Below are positions 27,650 to 41,445 of a DNA stretch of 64,000 nucleotides, piece after piece. Position 1 is the stretch's first letter, and every line of letters begins with the position of its first letter. The DNA is from Eledone cirrhosa (lineage: Eukaryota): the NCBI GenBank assembly GCA_964016885.1, contig OZ024741.1:360592001-360656000 (forward strand), read 5' to 3'. A program made the translations under genes and the position numbers. The notes below the pieces were generated by a model. It was given only the letters and a program-made list of their open reading frames with translations. It made no database searches and was not told where the DNA came from.

Positions 27650-29038
27650 TTACATGAAACGTTTTTGTTACAATTTTTCTAATGAAAAACACTGCCTATG
27701 ATGTTCAAATAATTTTTAAAATAATTAAGAATTTGAGATTTAGTAGTATAATAACTTTCTTATTATTAGGCTGGTGTTTAGAGCAAAACTTAACAAAGGT
27801 TCTTACATAATATTATGATTGAAGGTCGTGTCTGGTAAGACTAAAAAGTAACCAGTTTGATTCACATGTCTAAGCCATTCTTAAATTCAAAGAAGCTGGG
27901 CACCAACCAACATGGAGGTTTTTTTTAATTATTTGTGTATCTGGTACAGCAAATCCTTATATGTCACATAAGATAACTAAAATGATTGCCACCAGGAAGG
28001 GCATCTGGCTGTAAAGCATTGCCTCAAAACGACCTGATAATCAGTATAAACTTTGTAACTGGGTCTGTTCATACAGAAAATATTCTTCTAAGAATTTACC
28101 CTTGCATTTAACTTTGGCTTTCATCCTTCTGGGAGTCGATAAAATAAAGTACCTGTAAAGTAGTGGGGCCGATGTTGGTCTAAATTAGAAAGAATTATTA
28201 TTATGAATTGGCAGAATCGTTAGATACATTTCCTTGCTGTATTTAACGTCCCTTCGTGTTTTGAGTTCAAATCTTGCCAAAGCCAAATTTATCTTTCATC
28301 CTTCTGGGATCAATAAAATGTTTAGAATTGTCTTTCCCTCCTCACCCCAAATTGCTAGCCCTGTACCAAAATTAATAAGAGCATTGCACATTTTTGTGAT
28401 ATTTAGTTATGTCCCTTTACGTTTTCAGTTCAAATGCCGTTTATTTTGTTGATTTTTGCCTTTAATAACGAAAATTATTGTGGAGAAGGTGATAACAAAG
28501 TACCCGTCACTTACTGGGGGTAAATTTCAGTAAGTGTATTGAAAAAAGAGATCTTTAATCGAGACTATTAATATTGATGAGATATAAACACTGGATCAAT
28601 GCTAAAGTCGAGCAAAGACAAGCAGGGGAGAGAACTCTAGATCACACAACAAATTGAAAATTGGAAATAAGCATGCAGTAATGGGGGGAAATAATTTGAT
28701 ATTTGGAAGCCTCGGTGGTGATAACTCCAGATAGACTCTCCTTAACGAAGCATTGTCGTATTAAGGCATGACCGTCAACATAATCTTTGTTCTGATTTCT
28801 ATATTTGTAATATTGAATTACTATACGTGTGCACAATAAGGCAGACAGATAGGTGCGACAACCTAACATACAGATCGAGTAAAAATTACTCATGGATGCC
28901 ATCTGCATGAGAAATAATGAGTAAAATAAGAGCTAACACACTTAATGTTATGAGCAAGAAAACTTTAGTTCATCATGAATCTACCTGTATTGATTTTCTG
29001 TTGCTTAGATAGCACAATTCAGATGAAAAGGAACTTAC

Positions 29039-29113
29039 CAGTCGGCACTGAGAATATAGTCAAATTTCTGTGAGTATTTTAAGCTGTCTAAATCATTATT
29101 CCATCGTAAAGAT
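29039..29113 (-). CDS. CAMKMT: CAMKMT exon, LRW and motif II
   Basis: ttttacag|A...TG|gtaag; 75 nt; SLRWNNDLDSLKYSQKFDYILSAD(C). Confidence 0.96.
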
Positions 29114-29493
29114 CTGTAAAAGAAAAATTGAGATCATAATTTTTTCATTGATACTGGTGGGAATTATCTCCCTTTGATTATTCATATACTAATAGCTATC
29201 AGTAATTTTAGCATGATACAAATATCATCGCCGTCATCATCAAATATCAAACAAATATTTCGAAAACTATGATAATACAAATGTTATCTCTTGCTACACA
29301 TACAACAGTAGTATGGCACATTGGATAAGATAGAAGGTGACCGGTGGATGGGAGTGTAATGAAGAGACGTAACAGGAATGTAAAGGGTAAAAGACACACA
29401 CACACTCACACATTTAAATTAACAGTAGCACTAACACTGTCTAATTCAGAATATGTTTATCTATAATAAATATGCATCACAGTAACCATGTGA

Positions 29494-29544
29494 GAACACC
29501 ATTATAGTATTTCAGGATTTATTAATCCATCATCAGTGACATCT
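29494..29544 (-). ncRNA. Minimal hammerhead motif in a CAMKMT intron, sense orientation
   Basis: AGATGTCA-CTGATGA-T-GGATT-aata-AATCC-T-GAAA-TACTA-TA-a-TGGTGTT. Confidence 0.65.
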
Positions 29545-29752
29545 AGACACTTCGCAAAGAAGCTGATGGTTTATATAGAGTGTATGGTGGTCTCCCATGG
29601 CTGCTGAGATACTGTGACATGATCACAGCTTAAAATATACCTAGCAAGAATGTTTATTATACATAAGCGTACTGTATACGTTTTCATATAGAGATTTAAA
29701 GAGATACATACTCTGTCTCAGAAAGGTAAACATCACCAGTAACAGAGCATAT

Positions 29753-29789
<37 letters not shown>

Positions 29790-30239
29790 TTCATCGTTTA
29801 ACGTCTATCTTCCACGCTAGCATGGGTTAGACGGGAGTTGTCCCACTTGAGGCAAGATTGGTCGGGTGACTGTTTATTGCTCGTATGCGACTGTCTGGCA
29901 GGTTTTCTACGGCTGGATGCCCTTCCTAACACCAACCGCATTCATAGTGTTACCTACACGGCCACATTACAGCGTGGACTGTGTGTCTTTTTTTGTCGTG
30001 AGACATACACAACCTCATTAGTTTGGACTGGATATTGTGATACCAACATAACTTTACAGAGAAAGGGTGGTGTTGGTGGGAGTGGGAGGACGGAGTAGGG
30101 GTAGTGGTTTGGGTGTATATTTAGTTAAGAGGTACCTACTGACTGTAGGTTTCGCTTTGTACATAGCCAAGCGGGTCTTCTGTATTACTGCGTGGCACCA
30201 AAGATCTCGGTCCAGTGACATTGTCTTAGAGAGGTGCAA

Positions 30240-30245
<6 letters not shown>
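29753..30245 (-). mobile_element. RTE LINE 3' end (same family as 17370-18955)
   Basis: HLSKTMSLDRDLWCHAVIQKTRL, 3' UTR, (GAT)n tail. Confidence 0.85.
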
Positions 30246-30284
<39 letters not shown>

Positions 30285-30645
30285 GGCAGACTACTTTGTG
30301 GTATTCATTTCCCTCTCTACTTCCTGAGTTCAAATCCCACCGACCACTGACTATTTGTTTCACTGACTATTTGTTTCATAATCTAAAATGAGGTTCTTCT
30401 TCATCAGCCTAATCGATGTAACAAAATGGTTTTTAGGATATTTTCTCTGTTAAAGCAGGTTTTAACTTTGTCGGCCCCATGACAAGCTTCTCCATTTTAC
30501 TCCATTATCTGCATCACTTCTGGTTTTCATTTCCTCTTCTGTCATCTTGGTCTTCCTACTTCCTCTAATTTTTTCCACATTCATTTTCTTGGTGAATCAC
30601 AGTTATGTAATAGAAAAAAAAATTGAATTCCTAGATAAAACTTAC

Positions 30646-30712
30646 CTGGCATAGACCTCCGTGTCGCCAAATATATTTCTTTTCTGATTATTCTTCACAA
30701 TATGACGGACAT
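30646..30712 (-). CDS. CAMKMT: CAMKMT exon
   Basis: cttcag|AT...AG|gtaag; 67 nt; (N)VRHIVKNNQKRNIFGDTEVYA(R); phases fit both neighbours. Confidence 0.93.
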
Positions 30713-30891
30713 CTGAAGTGAAAAGCAAAAATTTAGTGAATCATCAGTAGAGAAGGGAAGAAAGATATTTAGAATCTATAATATAACTGTACAGACCTTT
30801 TGTCCATTTGTCACATAAATGCTGAAATTTGTTAAAAGAATTCTAAATTTTTTATTTAGAATTCATGGAACACAAAAGGGGGAAAAAAGAG

Positions 30892-32815
30892 TGTTGCGAT
30901 ACATCATAGAGATGGAAGGGTGTAAATCTGGATTCAGTGGGGCTCTGATCAATTTAGAACAATCTAAAGTATTTGGTAGGGTCAACCATCAATACTTGGG
31001 GGTGGTGCTCACAACTGCCAGCTTCGAACCCATCTTCAGAGGCTGGATCACTGCCATACACAGCAGCATCTGCTCAGTGGTCAAGGTAAATGGCTACCTA
31101 TCAGAGCCACTTCAAATCACGCGTTCCATCTATCAGGATGCCCTCTCTCCTCCCTTCTGTATGTACTGACTCTTGAGCCACCAATGCAGAAGCTGGAGCT
31201 GTTGCAAGACATCCCGCTTGAACTAGGACTGCGAAAAGTAGCGTCAGCTTATTCTGACAACATGACCATAATGGCGTTGGGGTAATCGGCAATTTATTGC
31301 AGGAATACCAAACATTGACAGGAGCAAAAATAAACCTAGACAAGTCTGTCAGTTTGCAACGCCAGACATGGAGAAGCAAACCCATGCCGTCTGACAGCAC
31401 CATTGGATGGGTCTGGTTTGGTCCAGACCTCCAGGTGGACAAAAACTGGAACACGTTCACGGCAAAGGTATTTGCGTTCACCCAGAAGTGGACTGAACGC
31501 AAACTCTCCTTAAAAGGTCAAGCAGAGGTGGCAAACACTTACATAGCGTCTGTCATCAACTACCACTTGACAGTCATGCCTTGTCCCCATGATCACCTTG
31601 CCAAAATGGAACATCTACTCTTCCAGTTTTTATGGAAGAGACAGGCTCCATTGGTGAGGAGATCCATCTGCAGCCAACACCCTTCCCATGGGGGGAGGGG
31701 GGGGGGCGTGCTGTGGTTGATGATGCGCAAACACATGCTGAGGCTACGCCAGGTATTCCTGACTGGTGAACTGATATGGTCATCATTCGTGAGACAAGTT
31801 TTTCCACAGCTCATCTCACTAACAGAGCTGCAGACCTGGGTTAAGCGAAGACCAAAAATGGGTGCATAGCACCTAGAGTGCACTCAGGCGCTCACAGTCC
31901 TCTACCAAGTGGAAACAGTAATCAGAGGAAACTTCACATTAACATTGTATAAGGGATTAGAGGAGGATAAGTGCAACAACGTTCTTGGGGAGACTTTGGG
32001 CATCGAAGAGGACAAACTGGCCAGTCTATTCCGAAGGACCTTTGGTCCAGGGCCTATGGACAACATCCAGAGGTCTCTGGCCTGGCAGTGCTACCGATAA
32101 GCTCTACCAGTTCAGGATAAAATCTACAAGCATGGACGCCCTGGCAGGGATCCTGCCAAAAGGACCTGTCCAAGATATGAGCAGAACATTGAAATCATTC
32201 TGCATGCAATTGTTCAGTGCCCAGGAGTTACTGGCCTGTGGAATTATGTCGAACAACTACTGTCACGTGTGGGACGAATCCAGTTGTCAGCCAAGTCAAT
32301 CATGAGGATTACCCCACCAAAGGAAGGCAGTTTTCCTCTGTCTGGTGTCTATGGCGAAAGAAATGATATGGTTGACGAGACTAGAAGGATTGAGAGACAA
32401 CACCTTCCTCTCTGGACAACAACTCTTTAAGTGTCATTTTAAGAGGAATGTGTGAGTGGAGAGAGAGGTGTTGCACCCCAGTAAATTTGCTGAAAGGTGG
32501 ATGAATATGGCAAAAATGGCCCAAGTGAATAGGCCTTCTCTGCATATAAACCTGTATGTTAAGGAAGACAGGAACACTTACAAAAGATGCTCCTGGTGTT
32601 GAGGGTTGTTCTATCTACAGGGTGTAAAACAACCCTGCAGTAGCATTCCCCACTATTGGGAATTTTGATTGTTCATTTCAATTTTATAACTATTCAATTT
32701 GTTGACATAATTATTTGTAAAAACCCCGCTGTCACGTTTTGTAATGTCCCATTTCTTGACCCTTGTGACAAATAAAGAAATATATCTATCTATCAATCTA
32801 TCTATCTATCTATTC
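30892..32815 (+). mobile_element. 5'-truncated, degraded L1/Tx1-clade LINE
   Basis: ALINLEQSKVFGRVNH, VKVNGYLSEP, TGAKINLDKS, W..RKLSLKG, C-terminal CPR...ILHAIVQCP finger; AATAAA plus (TATC)n tail. Confidence 0.88.
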
Positions 32816-33432
32816 CTACAATCATGGGGTCTTGATTTTACTGTGTAAGTGTCTTTACTAAACCCTAGCATCAACCCAAACCTTGTGAGTGAAATTGGGT
32901 AGACAGAAACTGTGTGGAAGCCCCTCAGATGGATTATACCTATAATTCAAAAGTCCAGCCTAGTCATATAATGTCTCATGCTGATTTAGCTGTTACATGT
33001 TAATTCACAAGATGAATATTCAGGATTCATCAGTGTGTAACATATATACAGGTAAAACATTGTATTTAACTAACAATTTATGAATTGTAGGTTCATACTG
33101 TCTCTATGACACAGTGTTGTTGTTTAATATTAGGTCAACTCAAATCAAGCAGATCTAGCTATTAAAGTCGTACCCGCCATGACCATCCTGATTTTTTAAT
33201 ATGTAGGACTACATTATTTAATGTGTTCTTTCCTTATTTAAAATGATAGGGTGTGATTCGGAGAAGATTTGGTGGTTGTTTCTTACAAGCTGAGTAACCA
33301 TGTAGAGGCTACCATTGTTGCCGATATGTCAAGCTCTGATCGAGAAGACTGACAATCAATGACATTCCAGCTGTAATTATGTTGTCTTGTTCCTATGTAC
33401 AGTGAACCCACGTACATTATTAAATGTGTTAT

Positions 33433-33625
33433 GGGCGGTGGATTAACAGTATCAGTAGAGGGTTGAACGCCATGCTTTGCAACATAGAGTTATGACCCTT
33501 TACGATCTGAGTTCAAATCCCACCAAGGATAACTTTGATGTTCATCCGTACGGGGTCAATAAAACAAAGTACCAGTAATGCACTGGGAGTAATTGCTGGC
33601 CTTGTTCCAAAAGTAGAAACAACTA
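33433..33625 (+). mobile_element. SINE family A
   Basis: Homologous to 15540-15760. Confidence 0.8.
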
Positions 33626-33685
33626 ATAAATGTGTTCTTGCTTTAGATACTGGGGTGAAAAATATAAAATAAAATTAAAACTTAC

Positions 33686-33749
33686 TTTTTATGGAATTGT
33701 CATTGCCATCTGTAATTTCAACATAAGTAGCACTGCTAGATGCCGCTAC
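33686..33749 (-). CDS. CAMKMT: CAMKMT exon, post-I motif
   Basis: tatacag|GTA...A|gtaag; 64 nt; VAASSSATYVEITDGNDNSIK(N). Confidence 0.96.
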
Positions 33750-34968
33750 CTGTATAAAATAGAAATGTCTCATCAATATCAAGTATGGAATACTTCCTGT
33801 TGATGGTAGTTCTTGTTGCTTTGTCCCATGTCAACCCTGATCAAGCAAACCAATGATTAAAGGTGTTCCAGCCATGATTGTCCTGTCTAGAACTACATTA
33901 TCTTATGTGTCCTTTCCTAGTTGAAATCTTTGAATATAATTGAAGAGGAATTTGGCTGCTGTTTCTAGCAGGTTCAACAACCATGTAGAGATTGTATGGT
34001 TGACTATTTCTTAATGATGTTGATGAAAGGTTTTAAGTTACATTATGTAATCATCATCATCATCATCATCATTGTTTTTACATCCATTTTCCATGCTTGC
34101 ATGGATTCATCGTCATCATCATCATCATCATCACCATTTTCCCATCATCACCAGTTGTCCACGTCAGGAGACAAGTCTGGTCAGAATTGGCCATGCTGTA
34201 CCTTGCTCCAGTGGGACTGTAAATTTGGCCGGGTATTTTACAGCTGGATGCCCTTCCTAACACCAACCACATTTACAGCGTGGATTATATTATTATAATG
34301 TATAGTATTGTATATATGTACGTATGGTCTCGTAACTCCTAAGGGAATTGTAGGGGTGATGTATTGAGATACAGCATTTCTAGGGTGTTTTTTAAACCTG
34401 GCAGAGCCTATCTCCTCTTCAGATTGTATATATACAAAATCTAAAATTCAAGCAAGGGATATAACTCTAATAAAAACAGTTAATTAAAATGTTTCTACAA
34501 TTAATGCAGATTGGTGAAAACAACAGATGCTTTAGCCTTCTTAAGCCTCTTCAGTGAAGAAATATTCATAATTAACATCACTACATTCCTTTTCCCTTTT
34601 TTTCCTTCTCTAACTATCCATCCATTTGTCTGTCTGTTTCCCTCTCACTCGCTCTCTTCCCACCTATATCCACTTCTCCATCTTTTTCTTTCTCCCTCTG
34701 TCTATTAGAACATAAACAGCATCAAGATGAATCAATCAATCAATGACACCATGTGGTGAAGACAGGAAACTGTTACCTCCATACAGTCAAGGTTGAAGTA
34801 TTGGCTAGGTGTGAACTTTGGGGAAGGAGAGAGAGGGCTAAGGTGGGGTGTTAGATAGATAGATAGATGGTGAGAGAGGGATGGAGAGGAGAGCAAGAAA
34901 GAGAGATCATTATTATATATGTGTGTATATCTGTGTGTCTATGTGCACACATACATACAAACACTCAC

Positions 34969-35017
<49 letters not shown>

Positions 35018-35339
35018 ATATATATATATATTAGAGAGAGAGGGTGGGCAGGAAAAATTAGGGAGAGAGAGGGAAGAAAGAGAAAGAGGTGAATAGATAC
35101 ATAGAAAGAGAGAAGGGGAGGAGTGAGAGAGAGCAATATGGCTAATTGTGCACATAGTTTACGGTTCAATGTTTAATTAATAAATATCCATTATTTAGTG
35201 TCACAACTAGGTGACATAACTCAATAAAGGCACCAGCTAACCTAGCTGAAGAGTGAAGGTGTTGTGTTTGGAACTTTCAATGGCTGTGGATTAGTAAATG
35301 GCAGAAGACACTATACAACTGAAGGATTTTTCATTAGGA

Positions 35340-36140
35340 TACTGTTGTGAGATAGTGATGTTGTGAGATCTCACTATTATGTGATTATGATGTTATTGGA
35401 TCATGCTGTTGTGGGATCATGCTATAGTGACACCATACTGTTGTGATATTGTGCTGTTGTGAAATTGAGCTATTGTGATATTGTGCTGTCGTGAGATTGT
35501 GCTGTTGTGAAATTGTGCTGTTGTGAAATTGTGCTGTCGTGAGATGGTGCTGTTGTGAGATGGTGCTGTTGTGAGATTGTGCTGTTGTGAAATTGAGCTT
35601 TTGTGAGATTGTGCTGTCGTGAGATGGTGCTGTTGTGAGATTGTGCTGTTGTGAGATTGTGCTGTTGTGAGATGGTGCTGTTGTGAAATTGTGCTGCCGT
35701 GAGATGCTCCTGTTGTGAGATGGTGCTGTTGTGAGATTGTGATGTCGTGAGATGGTGCTGTTGTGAGATTGTGATGTCGTGAGATGGTGCTGTTGTGAGA
35801 TGGTGCTGTTGTGAGATGGTGCTGTTGTGAGATTGTGCTGTTGTGAGATTGTGCTGTTGTGAGATTGTGCTGATGTGAGATGGTGCTGTTGTGAGATTGT
35901 GCCGTTGTGAGATTGTGCTGTTGTGAGATTGGGCTATTGTGACATTGTGCTGATGTGAGATTGGGCTATTGTGACATTGTGCTGATGTGAGATTGGGCTA
36001 TTGTGACATTGTGCTGATGTGAGATTGGGCTATTGTGAGATTGTACTGTTGTGAGATTGTGCTATTGTGAGACCACAGTGTTGTGAGATAATGATGTGGT
36101 GGCATCATGTTGCTGTGAAACCATGCTGTTGTGAAATCAT
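35340..36140. repeat. 17-bp minisatellite (TGTGAGATTGTGCTGT-type), about 45 copies, decaying at both ends
   Basis: Seen directly. Confidence 0.92.
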
Positions 36141-36926
36141 TAGTAGACCAATGCATGTGATGCATTCTGAATTCTTAATGTATTCTGAGGCTTAGAAAGT
36201 TGTAGGAAGCACTGTATAACTGATGGGTGTTTCATTAGCTTGTTGTTATGAGATGAAATTCATCTAACCATAAACCTTCAACCCTGACTGTTACTCTATC
36301 CAAGGCAAGAGATGTCACTCAACTACCTAATACCTTGTAAACTGTAAACATTGCTCTATTTTTCGGAAAGGAAAATTGCCAATCATCTGCCATTTTTACT
36401 TAAAGTGCTATGCAGAGGAAGTGAACCAAGAACCAAATATCTGGAAAGAAGACTCCTTAATCCCATGACCTATGCCTTCCCTTTATAAATTAACAGGAGC
36501 GGTCAAACTGGGGGGTGGGAATTTATGTACATGTTATGTTTATCATATATCAACATTTTTTATATTTTTGTTGATATTTGATAATATATTATGTTAACCT
36601 TCATAGTAAATTGTTTTTGTCATGTCATAACTTTTTCTCCACATATCACTATTTGCCAATTGCTAGTATGTGTATTCAAAGACACATTTCATAGGTCATT
36701 TTTCTATAATCACTTTATAATTATTGAAAGCTGTAAATGTAATATGACCTGCTTGGACTCAAATTGCATTTTCTGACCATTTTAGAATGCAAAGAGCTAA
36801 ACTAATCACTACATCTAAATTGACCGAATTTTACACACACACACCTCCAATTTCAGAAATGCTTCCACCACCTCTGATAAACAAAGCAAAATACAAAGAT
36901 TTAAAAAAAGTGAAATGTTTACATAC

Positions 36927-36981
36927 ACAGATTCCAGCAAGACATGTCATCCCACCTCCAAGTTCACAGATCCTTTTGCCA
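36927..36981 (-). CDS. CAMKMT: CAMKMT exon, SAM-binding motif I
   Basis: ttaacag|T...TGT|gtatgt; 55 nt; GKRICELGGGMTCLAGIC. Confidence 0.97.
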
Positions 36982-37169
36982 CTGTTAAAATAAAATAAAA
37001 ATATTGTTAAAATAGTCTTTAAAAAACAGGGGTTAGGATGTTTGGCTCATGATTGTTAGGTTGTGAGTTTGATTTCCATTGGAACATTGTGTCCTTGAGC
37101 TTGACACTTTATTTTACATTGCCCCAGTTTATTCAGCTGAGGAAAAAATGGACTGTACCTGTAATTTAA

Positions 37170-37390
37170 CCCTTTAGTGTTTACATTACTCTATATTTAC
37201 TATTGTATTTTCATAGTAAAAGCTTTACCTCACACAATTATCTCACATAATATCGAATCTTGAAGATTTTGATGTTATTTATTTTGAGAACAATACCTTA
37301 ACATCAGTATGAGTAGCCAGTTACAGCCAGTTTGAACAGAAAGAGGTGGGAGAGTTCTGGCCAGATATGGCTGGTTTAAATGCTAAAGGG
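37170..37390. mobile_element. piggyBac-type MITE, about 220 bp
   Basis: TTAA-CCCTTTAG...CTAAAGGG-TTAA. Confidence 0.88.
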
Positions 37391-37574
37391 TTAAAAAGCC
37401 AGCTATGTTACACACTGTGTCCCACTGACTCTCCTTTAGAACTATGTTAATGATGCACGTGCCTGTGGAATACTCAACCACTTGAATGCAAATTTCCTGA
37501 GCAGGCTGTTATGCTGAATACACCAAATGGAACACTGGTAATTGGAACTGACAGAAGTTCAACTCAATGTCTGT

Positions 37575-37936
37575 TAGAAGTAAAAGGTAAAGAGGGTAAA
37601 ATCCCCCCTTCGGTCACAAATTACCATGAGATTTGCACCTAGAAAGTTCCCCTTCGAGGCACAAGTCCGGGCAAGGTTGATTATGGAAGACCAGCAGTCG
37701 CCCATGCATACCAATCTCTCCTCTCCACGCCACTGATGTTGTCCAAGGGAAAGGCAATGGCTGATACAGCTTGGCACCAGTGATGTCGCAACTCATTTCT
37801 ACAACTGAGTGAACTGGAGCAATGTGAAATAAAGTGTCTTGCTCAAGAACACAACACAAAGCCCAGTCCGGGAATCGTACTCACAACCTCATGATTGTAA
37901 GCCTGACGCTCTAACTACTAAGTCATGCATCTTCAC
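37575..37936 (-). mobile_element. SINE family B head and body with an alternative tail ending in (TTTACC)-like repeats
   Basis: tRNA-like head, CTTGAGCAAGACACTTTATTTCACATTGCTCCAG body, distinct 3' half. Confidence 0.85.
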
Positions 37937-38244
37937 TAAGTTAGAAGTATTGAAGTGCAAATAGAGGCAAAACAAAATAACAAATTACACCTTAACCTAT
38001 TCTTTTGTTCTCTTACTGGTTTCCCTCATTGGACTGCAATCATGCTTGGGCACCATCTTCAAGGGTGTAATCAATCATATTGATCTGAGTACTTAGTTTT
38101 TAAAAGTCTGGTAATTATCAATTTCTACTTATCAAACCACTAAGTTACAGGGCATAAGCAAATGGTGTAGACATAATAAACACAGAGAGGGACAACCCCC
38201 TATATATATAGATGTTGAATGGTGATGATGATGAGGAGGAGGAA

Positions 38245-39395
38245 AGCAAAGAATGTAAGTTTTACATGTGGCCGATGCACAGTAAGTAGCAAGAGCTCAC
38301 AGAATACAAGCTCCTTCAAATGCCCAGAGTTCTCTACAGAAGTAGTAGATAGCTTCTGTTACCTGGATGACCAAATCAGCAGTGGGAGAGGGTGTTCCAA
38401 AAACACAGTAGCCATAGTGAGAAGGGTTGGAGAAAATTCAGGGAGTTACTACCACTGCTAACTACAAAAGGTCTTTCCCTCAAAATGGAGGGTAGATTGT
38501 ATGATGCAAGTATACGAACAGCAATGTTGCATGGTAGTGAGACCTGTGAAGAGGACATGTGAAGATTAGAAAGAAATGAAGTTTCCATGCTTTGATGGAT
38601 GTGTAATAGTAATGTACATGAACAACAAAGCATAAATTAACTAAGAGAGAAATTGGACATAAGAGGGATGAGATACAGTGTGCAGCAGAGGAGATTGTGT
38701 TGGTATGGCTATGTGATGCATATGAAGGATGACAGCTGTATAAAAAGGTCCAGAGTGTTCAAAGTTGATGGAAGATATGGAGTAGGAAGACTTGAGATGA
38801 AGTGATAAAAGCCGACCTTACACAAATGCACCTGGCATTATACAGTAATACAGAAGACCCGTCTTCCCATATTCAGGGGCTGAGGCATACATCTAATATG
38901 CACCACCTTCCTTTCCATCACACCTCCCAATCACCTCCAACGTTGTAACAAACCACCCTCATCCTAACACCCCACCCCTAGATCTACCTCCCCAAACCCT
39001 ATGCATCTCCTTCATCCAAGTCCTCAATCCCCACTATAAAGTGGTCATCTTGGTGCCACGACAAAAAGCACCTAGTCCACACAACAAAGTGGTCAAGTAG
39101 GTGTCACAATAAAAAGTGCCTAGTCCACACTGTAAAGTGGTTGTATACACGTTATGACAAAAAGTGTCCAGCCCACACTGTAAAGGGGTTATGTAGGTGT
39201 CATTACAAAAAGCACACAGTACACACTGCAAATGTGATTGGTGTTAAGAAGGACATCTAACTGTAGAAACCCAGCCATAATCAGTTCTGTGTGAGCAAAA
39301 CACGATCATTTAACCCGGCTTGTCTCACAATGCGACAGCTCATCTAACCCATATTAGAGTGGAAAATGGATGTTAAACGATGACGATGATGATAT
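38245..39395 (+). mobile_element. Degraded RTE LINE 3' portion
   Basis: FTCGRC...DSFCYL, LHGSET, RLCWYG, then 3' UTR with internal ~42-bp repeats and (GAT)n tail. Confidence 0.85.
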
Positions 39396-39479
39396 GTATA
39401 TATATCATCATCATCATCATCATCTCCATTTAACATCTATTTCTTCCACATTTGTATGAGTTAGACAGTTCATCTACAT

Positions 39480-40490
39480 TACGAGACAAGTCTGGCGAAT
39501 TGGCCATGCAATACCTGGCTCAAATGGAACTGTATTTAGGCTGGGTTTTTTGCACCAACCACATTTACAGTGTGGAACTAGGTAGTCCCATTATGAGGAG
39601 GGCCTGACCAGTTGGCTGCACCATACCCTGCTCATAGCGAAACTGTGTTTTGGGAGTTGGGTGATCTCATTATGAGGGAGGTCTGGCTAGTTGGCCACAC
39701 CGTACCTTGCTCATAGTGGTACCATGTTTTAGCTGGGTTTTTACAGTTGCTGGATGGCCTTCCAAACACCAATCATGCTTACAGCATGGGACTGGGTGGT
39801 CATGTTCATGAGGCGAGTCTCGCCAGTTGGCCATGCCATACATTGCTTATAACATGACTGCATCTTGACTGGGTTTTTACAGCAGCTGAAAGCCTTTCTG
39901 AACACCAACCACGTTTACAGTGTGGAACTGGGTGGTACCATTAGAGGACAGGTCTGGCCAATTGACTGAACTGTACCTTGCTCATAGTGGAACCATGTTT
40001 TGGTTGGGTTTTTAAGACTGCTAGATGCCTTTCCTAAACTTCAGCCATGTTTACACCAACCACATTTACAATGTGGAACTGAGTGATTCTGTTATGAAGA
40101 GAGTCTGGCCAGCTGGCTGCACTATAACTTGCTCATAGTGGAACCATATTTCAGGAGCTGGGTGGTCCTATTATGAGGAAGGTCTGGTCAGTTGGCTGTG
40201 CCATACCTTGCTCATAGCAGGACTATGTTTTGGCTGGGTTTTTGTTGTTGCTGGATGCCCTTCCTAACACCAACCACGTTTAGTGTGTGACTGGGTGGTC
40301 CTGTCATGAGGCAATTCTGGCCAGTTTGCTCAATTCTGTACTTTGCTCATAGCAGACATGCATTTTGACTGGGTTTTTACTAAAGCGTAATGTCAAATTG
40401 CGGCCCCACTTTGAATAAGTTATGGCATAGCCAACTGGCCAGACCTTCCTCATAATGAGATCACCCAGCTCCCAAAATACAGTTCTACTA
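39480..40490. repeat. Degenerate tandem array of RTE-3'UTR-like units with a terminal inverted copy
   Basis: Recurring CTGGCCAGTTGG..CCATACCTTGCTCATAG and ACACCAACCAC.TTTACAG blocks; inverted block at about 40425-40490. Confidence 0.7.
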
Positions 40491-40891
40491 TGACTGCCAG
40501 CAGAAGATGTTTTAAGGTTATGGTATAAAGAAAATTAGGACACTATTTATAGCAGTTAAAGTGACCCTGTAGGTACTCCCTTGATGGCTCATGAGGATGA
40601 TGATGATGATGATGATGATGGCGATGAGGATGAAGATGATGATGGTGGTGGTGTGGTGGTGGTGGTGCTGATGATGATGATGATTATGATGGTGATGGTG
40701 GTGATGATGAATATGATGATGATGATGATGAGGAGGAGGAGGAGGAGGGGGGGGGGGGGGGGGGGGGGCATGATGATGATCATCATTTTATGTCCATTTT
40801 TCCATGCTGGCATGTGTTAGAATAATATCAATGAAATGATAAATAGTGAGAATATTGCTTGTGTAATTGTATTCTTGTCTGATATTCTCAC

Positions 40892-40952
40892 CTGAACATA
40901 GAGTGGTGCTTTAAACAGTAGTAAGCAAGAACTTCCTCTGACGGCCAAATAC
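40892..40952 (-). CDS. CAMKMT: CAMKMT exon (WPSEE motif)
   Basis: cctag|GT...AG|gtgag; 61 nt; (C)[19 protein letters not shown](S). Confidence 0.97.
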
Positions 40953-41445
40953 CTAGGAGAAGAACAAAGGGAATTACATTAAGACAAATGTCTAATCTTG
41001 AATTCAACTTCTAAAGATTTTAACAAATTTCACAGTAAATTTCAAACTAGAATTTAATTTTTTTTTTAATTTATATCTGTATCATCATCACCACCACCAC
41101 TACCATCACCACCACCACCACCACCACTACCACCACAACCATCATCATCATCATCATTAATTTCATGTCTGCTTTTCTATACTGGCATAAGGTTGGACAG
41201 ATCCTCTCTAAATTAGCTTCTCGATAATTGTTGCATTTTTTTGTTATCTTCTTTGTGAGGTTCAGCATCCAAAGATCAGCCTTCATCACACCAGCTCATG
41301 TTTTTCTCAGCCCTCCTCTTCCATGACTGCCTTCCACTTGGAACTCCAGGAACTTCTTTACCCAACCATCATCATCCATATACATTGCATATCCATATCA
41401 ATGCAGTTTTCTCTCTTGCACATGACATCCATTTGCTCTCACACC

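Noticed and set aside
28642-28908. 88-aa minus-strand ORF as an alternative CAMKMT exon
   Set aside because: The flanking exons already join in phase to give the conserved ADCLF, and the ORF shows no family similarity
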